A stretch of DNA of 64,000 bases from Leucoraja ocellata (Eukaryota), in assembly GCA_036785375.1 (NCBI GenBank), contig JAWMAR010000053.1, positions 4,526,001 to 4,590,000 on the forward strand, read 5' to 3'. Both the position numbers and the translations under genes were made by a program. The notes beneath the pieces are model-generated. The model worked only from the letters and a program-made list of their open reading frames with translations, did not search any database and was not told the DNA's origin. Shown here in pieces: positions 12,701 through 24,700 of this stretch (position 1 is the first letter of the stretch; every line of letters begins with the position of its first letter).

Positions 12701-15700
12701 GATAGATCAGCCATGATTGAATGGCGGAGTGGATTTCATTGGTCGAATGGCCTAATTCTACTCCAATCACTTATGACCTTATGATCTTATGAGGAGCAAG
12801 AGATTAATTTTTGAAACACCTGAAGTGCAGGGTATAGACAGTTTGACAACAAATAGCATTCACATACATATACCACTAGGGCAAAGACATTACTGTTTGT
12901 TGTTCAAATCGTAATAATCTTAATGAAACCTCAGAATAGCATTTAAGCAAGGATCATTAAAATCAGTACTGTCCAATTTTACCGTAGTGTAGTGTCATTT
13001 TATAAAAATTAAAACTGTATACATGGTTGGCTGCTATGAAAAATAGATCCTTTGTTATCTTTTAGACTACTTAAGATAATGGACTATTAATTCTGGAGTA
13101 TTAAAATCAGATTGAAAAATAGAATAACAAAAAAATATATAATTGTTATTCAGCTTTTAATTATATACATTTGTTATCCAGAAAAATATTAGCATATAAT
13201 AAAGAGAAGGCTAAAGATAGTTCAAACATTTATGAAACTAAAATGTATGGAACTTAAATGCAATTTTTAATGTTTTGTAGCTATTAAATTTGTTAATGAC
13301 TTCAATAAATACCTCAGAGTTTAGAGAATTATAAAAGATTATTAGGATTAAAAACCAGTGGTCATTTGAACTAGATACTTTGTCTTGCCAGTAGTTAATT
13401 ACCTAGTTATTTTTCATATGACAAATACTCATATTCTCAGTTTGCTAACAGTTTCAATCTTTTATTTCGAATTAGGTTGTTACTCGCGCTGAAGGCAGAA
13501 GGCACACTTTCACTCTAAGAGACGTCCAGCTTGATGAAGCTGGTGAAGTTAAACTTACTGCTAAGGACTTTACAACATCTGCCAAGCTTATTGTTCTAGG
13601 TAAGTAATGCAACAATTCAATTAAATATCAAAATATTGTCCTTCCACAACAGTACATTTGGCATTACTTTACTTTCATTGAAATATTTCACAGAACCACC
13701 AGCTGAATTTACAAAACCTTTGGAGGACCTAACAGTTGAAGAAGAAACCTCAGCCACACTGGAGTGTGAGGTGTCCAGAGAGAATGCCGAGGTTATTTGG
13801 TTAAAGGATGGAAAGGAAATTCATAAAACCAAAAAGCATGACTTAATTGCTGATGGAAGAGTGCGAAGGCTTATTATTCATGACTGCAAACCTGAAGATT
13901 CCAAAACATATACTTGCGATGCAAAAGGCTTCAAGACTTCCTGTTTTCTCACTGTGGAACGTAAGTCTATAGTATACCATGTTCAGAGTAGAGAATTTGG
14001 TTAGATGAGCATTTAATATAGAGGGAAATGAAGGTAGTCACTTGCCTCCAGTTTCAATAGTGGTTCATGTGCTTTTTAAGGAGTAAATATGTTTTAAAAT
14101 GTACCTGCCATTTCAGTGCTTAATCAAATTAGTGTGTAAAGAAAGCAAACTGACCTAAAATAAGTAGTACACAGGAAGCAATGGCTGAGTAGATCATGTC
14201 TCTGAACTGCAGAATGTGGGAATTTGTGGACAGCAATTTCATGTCATCTGGATGTCTCTGACAGTTCAAAAACATTGAGCTGTACTGTGAGTTGGAAACT
14301 CTCAAATATAAATGGAAGAGGAATGAATAAGTAAGAGGCCCTTTTTGGAGTATTCTAAAAGGTAAATTAGGGAACAGGATTGGGGATATTTTATTAGAAT
14401 TGTTATCGGAGTCCCAAATAAATTGGCATAGGGTAAGCAGATTAAGACATTAAACTTGTGTTTGAAGGAGCATTGTGGGGAAGAGAGTTCTTTCACAGGG
14501 CACTGAGAATGTAAAGAAATGTATCACTGGGAGTGCGCTTAAATTGTACTGGAATTAGGGATATAGTATAAAGATAGATCATAAGTAAAGGGAAAGACTT
14601 GGGGAAAGAGGTAGTAATCATTTTAAAACAAGCAAGAAGCCAGAGAGTTCTTAAATTATTAAAAAATTATCCCTCAACTATCATAGTAAAAGCTAAGTGC
14701 TGTGTTTGAGGGTTAGTGTTGAGGCATTGACTCAAGAGGTTTCAGCGAATGGGAAGAACAAAATGTGACATCAAGTTAAGGACTTGTTTAAGTGACTTCC
14801 TTCTTTCATCAAAGTGCAGTAAGAATGGCAGTTAGAGCATTGGTATGCTGCACTTGCAGGCTGTGGAAAGTCAGGGAATCTTCCAGTATCTTCTGGACTC
14901 CATCTGTGAGAATTGCGCCCAGCTGCAGCTTCTGACTGACCGTGAGGAAAACGCAGTTGAAGTTCGATGAACTCAGGATTTTCTGCGAAATGAGATACAG
15001 TGAGGTGATCACACCTTAGATGCAGGCAGAAAATAAATAGGTGACCACCAGGAAGGATAAAAGGAATAGGATGGAGTGCAGGAATCTCCTGTGCCCATTC
15101 CCCTTGAAAGCACATATGCCTTTTTGGATACAAAATCTATTTATTATAGAGGGAAATGAAGGTAGTCACTTGCCTCCAGTTTAAATAGTGGTTCATGTGC
15201 TTTTTAAGGAGTAAATATGTTTTAAAATGTACCTGCCATTTCAGTGCTTAATCAAATTAGTGTGTAAAGAAAGCAAACTGACCTAAAATAAGTAGTACAC
15301 AGGAAGCAATGGCTGAGTAGATCATGTCTCTGAACTGCAGAATGTGGGAATTTGTGGACAGCAATTTCATGTCATCTGGATGTCTCTGACAGTTCAAAAA
15401 CATTGAGCTGTACTGTGAGTTGGAAACTCTCAAATTAATGACATTATAAATTGTAATGTGACTGCCAATAAGAAAGTCTGTTTCTTTCATAGCTCCTCAT
15501 GTTGAATTTACAAAGCCACTCACTGATCTTGAGGTGAAAGAAAAGGAGGTTGCGAAATTTGTATGTGAAGTTTCCCGTGAAAGTGCAAAGGTTTGTCTTT
15601 ATTTAAATCATCATATCTGTTTGTGTTTTTAAATGATGTTAATAAGTCAGTAACTTATATTTAAGCAAGTTATATTCAAGTTCTACTCAATACCGCAAGA

Positions 15701-18700
15701 TAGCATTGCACAGAAATTCATCTCTGGTCTGAAGCATCTGAAATTCTGATCCATTAAGTTGGAACAAAATTATGTACAGAAAATGCAATATATTGCTGCT
15801 GTCATATAACACATTTAGTACAATCAAATGGAGATAAATTTGAGGAAAATGCAGGGGGCAAATTTAATGCATCGATTGGAAGTCTGGCCGTGGATTTCAG
15901 CCATGGGAACGGACCCACCGGTTCCAGCCGAGCCGGAGTTCCAGAGCCCTGGCCGCAGGGAGCAAGTTGTGACCCGCCAATCAGGTGGAGAAGTCCCAAT
16001 GAGGATGAGATCGATTACCTCAACCTACCTAAGCGCCACATTTTCGAATGGACTTTCGGTGGGGATTTCAAGTGTGTTTTCATAATTCTGTCCGGATTTA
16101 AGGAGGTGTCAGCCCACCAGTTACCAGAAAATCGGTGGTACTCCTGTACTACTTTTTTCCCTATGGATATATACAGGGACTGCTTGGAATAAATCGATAA
16201 GATCATGTAGCTTTGAATAGATATTCTCAATTTTTTTTAGGTTAACTTATTGATATACCACACAAAGTAATGATGTAACTCTGGTATAAGATAGCGAGCT
16301 GGACTATATTCCTTTGATTTCTCTTAAGGCAAACAGTATTAAACTAGTCGTGTTTCCTTTATTCCATTAACTGGCTCCATTTAATTTTCGTAACTTTTTA
16401 CAATTATTTGAATATTTCATAGCATCCTTTTAATAGTGTTATAGTACTCAGAAACTTTGCATTATCTCTACTTCACTACCCAACAGGACTATGGAAGTTT
16501 AGCCACTGACAAAAGGGATAAATATGTCTTAGATAAACTAAATATTCTTTGCTCCCTTACATGTTTTATCTAAACACTGTTGATTTTGCTTTCCAATTGC
16601 TATTGTACATTCCTGCTCCACAAAAGCCTTCTTTCCATTTCCAGCAGCTCCCCAGGGTATGAATGACCTGACTTACAGAAAACCAAACTTACAAAAATGT
16701 TCCCAAACTTTTTTCAAGCCAGTAATCATAAAATGTTTCATGATAGTCATTAATTACTAGATCCAGTATATGTTCCATTAGTTTAATTATTAGTGTTAAG
16801 TAATTTGTTTATTGTCGTGCGTACCAAGGTACTGTGAAAAGCTTTTGTTGCGTGCTAACCAGACAGCGGAAAGACTATACATGATTACAATTGAGCAATC
16901 CACAGTGTACAGATACATGATAAAGCGAATATCATGAATAACGTTTAGTGCAAGTTAAAGTCAGAAAAGTCCAATCAGCCTATAGTCTGAGGGTCTCCAA
17001 TGAAGTAGAAAGTAGTTTCAGGGCTGTAACTCGTCCTAGATTATGCTGGTGGCCTTGCCAAGGCAGTGTGAGGCGTAAATGGAGTCAATGGAAGGGAGGT
17101 TGGTTTGTGTGGTAATCTGGAGTGCGTCCACAATACACTGCAATTTCTTGCGGTGTTGAGTAGAACTGTTCCCAAACCAGGCTGTGATGCATCCCGAAAA
17201 AATGCTTTTTACGGTGCATCTGCAGAACTTAGTGCGAGTTGTTGTGGACATGCCAGAGGAGAAAGCAGGAGAATGGGGTTAGGAGGGAGAGATAGATCTG
17301 CCATGATTGAATGGCGGAGTAGATTTCCTAAGCCTTCTAAGGAAGTGGATTCATTGTTGTGTTTTCCTGGCCATTGCTTTAATGTAGTTGGTCCAGGACA
17401 ATTTGTTGGTGATATTTACTCCTAGGAATTTGAAGCTTTCAATGATAAGATTATGTGATAGGAGCCGAATTATACCATTCAGCTCATCAAGTCTACTCCG
17501 CCATTCAATCATGGCAGATCTATCTCTCACTCCTAACCCCATTCTCCTGCTTTCTCCTCTGACACCTATACTAATCAAGAATTTATTTCTGCCTTAAATA
17601 TATCTATTGACTTTGCCTGGCAAAGAATTCCACAGATTCACCACCCTCTGACTAAAGAAATTCCTCCTCATCTCATTCCTAAAAGAAGGCCCTTTAATTC
17701 TGAGGCGGTGGCCTCTAGTCCTAGACTCTCATCTTTACTTTGGTGGCATCAATGCAAACCAGAGTAGGTGTATCGCTTCGCTTCCTAAAGTCGATCACTA
17801 TTTCCTTTGTCTTGCTGACATTGAGGGAAAAGTTGTTGTCTCGACACCAGGTCATGAGGTTTTCAATCTCCTCCCTGTACTCTCATCATTATTTGATATC
17901 CAGCCCACAATGATGGTGCCGCCTGCGAATTTGTAAATTGAATTGGATTTGTACATGGCTGCACAGTGGTGGGCAAAGAAGTAATGAAGCGGTTAAGGAG
18001 TTAAGGTGCTTATTCAATGAAATACAAAAATTATAACGAGTTTGTACAGGTAGCAATGGAAAACAGATGTTTCTGACATGGATAAATTGGCTTATGGACA
18101 TTTCTCAGGAAATGAACCCTCACATAACCAGCAAATTGCCTGTGCTGACATTCACAAGAATATCTAAAATTCCTCAGCATTTCCCTATCATTTGGTTATT
18201 ACTAAATTTATTATGTTTTTCTCCTTTCTCAAGGGAAAAAAACATGTATATAAATGTGCACAATTATTATCTCTTATGAACACTACTTTTTTTCTGGTGC
18301 TGAAGTATTATGTAAAGATTTCTTATTAATAGTTTAAAAGCCTGAAGCTTGAAATAGAGACCTGGCGAATCAATTCCTGAGCTTCCATTTAAACTCTATT
18401 TTGTGGCTTAAGTTTGTGTTCTTTCAACAATTATGATTCAACATATTTTTTAACACTAACATTACCTGCTGCATATATATATCTGTTGAAGATTACAGTG
18501 GACAGGGTAGCCATTGTAATATCAATTAAAAAATTGATCTAGAAAGATAAACCACTTCTATAAGGTAGATGCCGCATCATTGTTTCTCCTGGCTGATGTG
18601 TGAAAGACCGGAATGAATGAATGATACTTTATTATCACATGTGAAATGTCACAGTGAGATTCTTTGTTTTTCATACCCAAGGTATGCAAAGAGTTGCCAC

Positions 18701-21700
18701 AAAAAGGGCGCTGACAAAGTTGCAAAGTATACCATTGCAACACAAAGTATTCCATTTGTGATCCCCTTAGTGCCCGTGGTCCCCCCACACTGGGTCCCCC
18801 TTTAGTCTTCCTCTCGGCGGTCCCCCCACGCCAGGTCCTCCTTCTGTTCTCCCTCTCGGTGTGACCTGGGATCACAATCTCAAAATAAAGGGTTGCCATT
18901 CAGATCAGATAAGAGAAGAAATGTCATAATCCGAGGAGTGATTTATTACCCAACAGAGCTGTGGAAGTTTAATCACTGAATATATTCAAGGCACAGATCA
19001 TTAAATGTTAACAAAATTATGGGATTCCTGCAGAAAACTGGTAATCTGCTGGAAGATCAGCCATGAATTTATTGAATGACAGAGTGGGCACAAGAGGTGA
19101 AATGGCCTAATTCTACCATTTTCTAATTTTTTATGTTCTTGCCTTCAAAGTGAGAAAATCCTTCATCAAATACAATTGCCATGTTTAGTAGTACCAGTTG
19201 GAACTGAGATTGTAAGCTATCAAAAACAGGAGAATTCAAATCCCATCAACATCTGCACCATCCCCACCCCTAACTACCCCTTCCCCTCCTGAATATGCAT
19301 TGTCAAACACAGAGAGAGTGAGAGAGCTCTAGATTTGTATTCAAAATAAGTGATTGATCTAGTGCTGTTACACCAAAAACCTATATTAATGTTAAACAGC
19401 ATTGGTGTGGACTACAAACTATGCTGATTATTGTCTTCCCATACTTAAGGATGAAGTAAATCAGTCACTTTTTGTATCAATCAATGCTCAGTTGCAATGT
19501 TCCACAAGAATCACCAGAAACATTGGGTGGTTCTTAATGACTGGTCAAATTAATCCGTGTAAATATCAAATATGTACTCATCCAATTAATAATGTTATAT
19601 TTATTATTTTTTAAGAAATTGCTAAGGATATAGACATTTGTTTCCTTTTAAAAATAAGTTTCTTAGTGTTATCAAGATGCTTGGCACCAAATATTAAAAT
19701 TAATCACTGATAGATTTCTACAACTCAATAAAGGAATCTATACTTGTATGTTTAGAGAATAATGCCGTTGATTTTATAACCTTTTTATACTGTATTCTGA
19801 AAGTATGAAATTATTCTGAACGTCACTCTATGAATTTATTTCAAATTTCAGGTGCGTTGGTTTAAAGATGGTGTTGAAGTAAGAAAAGGCAAGAAGTGTG
19901 ACATTGTTGCTAAAGGCAAGGAGAGAATGTTAATTATCCACAAAAGCAGCTTTGACGATGAAGCTGAATATGAATGTGATGCAAGGACTGCTAAGACGTC
20001 TGGATTGCTTACAGTTTTAGGTAATCAATCAAATCAAAGCTATGCATTATTTTAACTTTCAGAAACCAGTTTAGATTTTCCTAATGATTTCCACTTGCCA
20101 TGTTTTGCAGAAGAGGAAGCTACCTTTACAAAGAACCTCACAAATGCTGAAGTTACTGAAACAGCGACAATTAAACTGGTTTGTGAAGTTTCCAAACCAA
20201 ATGCTGATGTAACTTGGTACAAGGGAGATACAGAATTGCCTGAAGTTGGCAGATATGAACAACGTATAGATGGCAGAAAACGAATTTTAGTAATTCAGAA
20301 TACTAATCCAGGAGATGATGGTGAATATAACTGCAGGCTGTCAAATGGTGCTCGGACATCTTGTCAACTAAGAGTTAATGGTATGTACTGTTCTAATATG
20401 AGTTTACTTTTCTAATATGAATTAATATTGCCTAGTATAATTTTCTTGGTTCTTCTTATTATAGAACTGGCTGCAGAGTTTATTTCCAAACCGCAGAATC
20501 TGGAAGTTCTAGAAGGAGACAAGGCAAATTTTGTCTGCTCCGTATCAAAAGACAGTTACGAAGTGAAATGGTTTAAAGGGGATGAAGAACTTAAAACTGA
20601 TGATAAATATGAGATTGTGTCTGATGGCAAAAAACGAATGCTCATTATCAAGAACTCCATCCCAAAAGATGAAGGAACTTATGCTGTTATGATTGGTTCC
20701 TCGAGAGCAACAGCAGAACTCGCAGTTATTGGTAAGTCGTGTAACCTATGTGGCAATTTGCAGGAATGTAAGCATTGCATTCACATTTAGTTATCTTATT
20801 AAAGACAAATATATTAAGCAAATATTTTAACACTCTCCATTTGACGAATATCCAAACAGAAGCGGATCAAATGTACAAATTTAATATTTTGATCTAGTGC
20901 TGCCACCATGCTCTTGTTTTCTATTTTGCAATAGAAAATTATTTTCAGTTTCTCTATGTTAAATCTTCTGCAGCCTAGGTAACCACTTGAGGCAGATTAC
21001 ATCAGTTAAATTATTGGCAGATTCCACCACTAACATTGATACTAGCTCCAAATTGGTTTCAATGTGCTAAAACAAGATTATTTTACTTGTTTTTAATCAA
21101 CGTTTGTTTCTTTTCCCAGAAAATCTTCGGATAATAACTCCCATCAAGGACCAGGTAGCTCGAGAAGGACAAGAAATTGTATTTAATTGTGAAGTTAACA
21201 CTGAAGGTGCCAGACCTAAATGGTTAAAAAATGAAGAAACTATCTTTGATAGCCCAAAATATGTCATGATCCACAAAGAGTTAGTCTTTACTCTCAGAAT
21301 CAGGGATTCACAAATGGAGGATCAAGGAACGTTTACAGTAGCATTGACAAATAATAGAGGAGAACATGCACAATGTTCAGCATCATTACAAGTACACGGT
21401 AAATAACTATAGCACATGAAACATTCTTGCTCATTTCAAATAAAATTGCTTGCATTTCATATGACCTCTTTTAATTTATGCAGAGGAGGATCTGAAAATC
21501 ATTGAACCTCTTGATGATTGTGAAACAATGGAAAAGAAATCTGTCACCTTCAGCTGCAAAGTGAACCGTGAAAATGTCACTCTACAGTGGATGAAAAATG
21601 GAGAGGAAGTTACATTTGACAAACAAATTCTGTATAAAATTGATAAGAAAAAGCACTCTCTTATAATAAGGGGATGTGCATTCAAAGATGAAGGAGAATA

Positions 21701-24700
21701 TACTGTAATTGCTGGACAAGACAAATCAGTTGCTGAACTTATCATCACAGAGGCACCAACAGATTTCATAGAGCATATTCAAGATCAAACTGTCATTGAG
21801 TTTGAAGATGCAATCTTTACCTGTCAATTGTCCAAAGAGAAAGCAACTGTGAAATGGTATAGGAATGGCAGAGAACTCAGAGAAAATAAAAAGTATGTTT
21901 TAATTCATTTGTTTGGGGGAAATAATTGACCAATTATTGCTATTTCACAAATAATATATGTTATCATCTGTATTTTTGTGTCTTTTGCTAGGTATCAATT
22001 TGAAAAAGATGGTAGTTTACACAGACTTATTGTAAGGGAATGTAGACCAGATGATGAATATGAATACTCCTGTGGTGTAGAAGATAGACGTTCAAGGGCT
22101 AGACTCTTTGTTGAAGGCAAGTATGATATAAGAAAAACAAGTTACTGAAACAATTAAGAAAATTGAGAATATGCAAGTTTACATTATTCTTCTTCTTTCA
22201 GAAATCCCAGTTGAAATCATCAGACCTCCACGGGATATTTTTGAAGCTCCGGGCTCAGATGTTATTTTTGAAGCTGAACTGAATAAAGATAAAGTTGAAG
22301 TCAAGTGGCTGAGAAATAATATGATAATCGTGCAGGGTGATAAACATCAAATGATGAGTGAAGGAAAGGTTCACCGATTGCAGGTCTGTGACATAAGACC
22401 ACGCGATCAGGGAGAATATAGGTTTATCGCCAAGGATAAAGATGCAAGAGCTAAGCTGGAACTTGCAGGTAAGTTAGTTTGAATCTTAGGAATATTAATG
22501 ATAACTATTACCTTTCCTATGGCTGGATACAGTGAATTGATATATTTCTAACTGATGAATATTTGCATTACAGCGATACCAAAAATCAAGACGTCTGATT
22601 TAAATCTTGAGACTGATGCTGGAAAACCTTTCACAATGACACTTCCATATGATGCTTATCCACGTGCTGAAGCTGAGTGGTTCAAGGAAGACAGTACTAC
22701 ATCCGAGTATGTCAGCCTGCCCGATCAAAACATTGACACAACTGCAGATAAGACTTCTTATCGGCTTTTTGACCCAAGGAGATATGACAAGGGAAGATAC
22801 AAGGTTGTGATTCAGAATAAGCATGGAAAGGGTGAAGGATATATAAATCTGAATGTAATTGGTAGGTATTTTTTTGTTATTCTTCTGTCTATAGATGGGT
22901 CTAAAAACTGTTCTAGAAATATAATTTTTCTTTTTTTTGTCAATTTACAGATGTGCCTGGCCCAATACAGAATTTGAAAGTTATGGAAACTGCTGATGGT
23001 GAAGTCAGCCTTGCTTGGAATGAGCCTGAAAGTGATGGAGGTAGCAAAATCCTTGGATATGTTGTAGAACGACGTGATGTGAAGCGTAAAACCTGGACTT
23101 TAGCTACAGATAGAGCTGATAATACTGAATTTACAGTGACTGGTCTCCAAAAAGAATTGGAGTATCTATTCCGTGTTAGTGCAAGAAACAGAGTTGGTAC
23201 AGGTGAACCTGTGGAGACTGTTGAACCAGTTCAAGCTAAAAATAAGTTTGGTAAGTGTCGGGGACAATTCAATAACTCATTTTAATTATTCTCCAAATGA
23301 TTTCTACATATTAAAATGATCACATATTAATTGTGTTATCTTTTCTGTCAGATGTACCTGATGCACCACTTAATGTACAAGTGAAAGATGTGAACAAATT
23401 TGGTGCCACCATTACTTGGGAACCACCAACATACGATGGCGGAGCCAAAATCACAAACTATGTTGTTGAGTTACGTGACCGAACCTCGCTTAAATGGGAG
23501 CCAACTATGATTACTGATGCACATGAACTCTCTGCTCAGATAAATGATGTGGTCGAAAACAGAGAATATATATTCCGTGTCAGAGCAGAAAACAGAGCTG
23601 GTAGAGGAAAACCTAGTGCAGCTTCACAACCTGTAAAAATTATGGACCCAATTTGTAAGTATCTGATTAGAAAAATGTGTAATTGAAATAAATGCTTTGT
23701 ATTCTTAATTTGATCTTCCATTAATTAATTTGATTTCCCTGTTTTTAGTTAAACCAAGCCCACCTATTGAGTTTGCTGCTTCAAATCAGACAAAAGATTC
23801 AGTGCAATTGAATTGGGAACCTCCACTCAAGGATGGAGGAAGCCCAATTCTGGGCTATTTTATTGAACGATGTGAAGAAGGTACAGATAAATGGATCCCC
23901 TGCAATATCAGACTTATTCCTGAAGCAAAATTCAAGGTATTATTTTTTATTTGTTTATTTGTTAAAACATGCTGATTTAGGAGGATTTAAAAGCGATTGC
24001 TCGCCCATTTCTAATATTAAGTGAGCTATTCACCTGCCCAATCTCTCATCTAGTCAGAGACAAATTGTAAGCTGATAACTAATATTGACGTACATAGGGA
24101 CTGAATTCCCGTGTACATCAGATCAGATAAGATTCAGTGTTTCTCAGGTGCGAGGGGTGTAAGAAGTACTATTTGAAGAGAATTTTGAAATTATTTTGCT
24201 CAGGAGCTGAAGTTCAATGGAATGGTGAGTTTGAAGGACTTTGCAAAAGATGGGTTGTAGACTACAATATTTTGTATGTGTTGAAATCTGTCTTGTATAA
24301 GAGAATGGAGCGGCTGGGCATGTATACTCTGGAATTTAGAGGGATGAGAGGGTATCTTATTGAAACGCATAAGATTATTAAGAGTTTGGACACGCTAGAC
24401 GCAGGAAACATGTTCCCGATGTTGGTGGAGTCCAGAACCAGGGGCCACAGTTTAAGAATAAGGGGTAAGCCATTTAGAACGGAGACGAGGAAACACTTTC
24501 TCACAGAGTTGTGGGCCTGGGTAATTCTCTGCCTCAGAGGGCAGTGGAGGACGGTTCTCTGGATACTTTCAAGAGAGAGCTAGATAGGGCTCTTAAAGAT
24601 AGCGGAGTCAGGGGATATGGGGAGAAGGCAGGAACGGGGTACTGATTGTGGATGATCAGCCATGATCACATTGAATGGCGGTGCTGGCTCGAAGGACCAA

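Noticed and set aside
13030-14165. MEF2-like sites (ctaaagatag, ctaaaataag)
   Set aside because: Each misses the YTA(W)4TAR consensus; expected by chance in AT-rich DNA.
14011-15435. LTR retrotransposon call for the direct repeats
   Set aside because: No TG..CA termini, PBS, PPT or TSD seen; kept only as an unexplained duplication.
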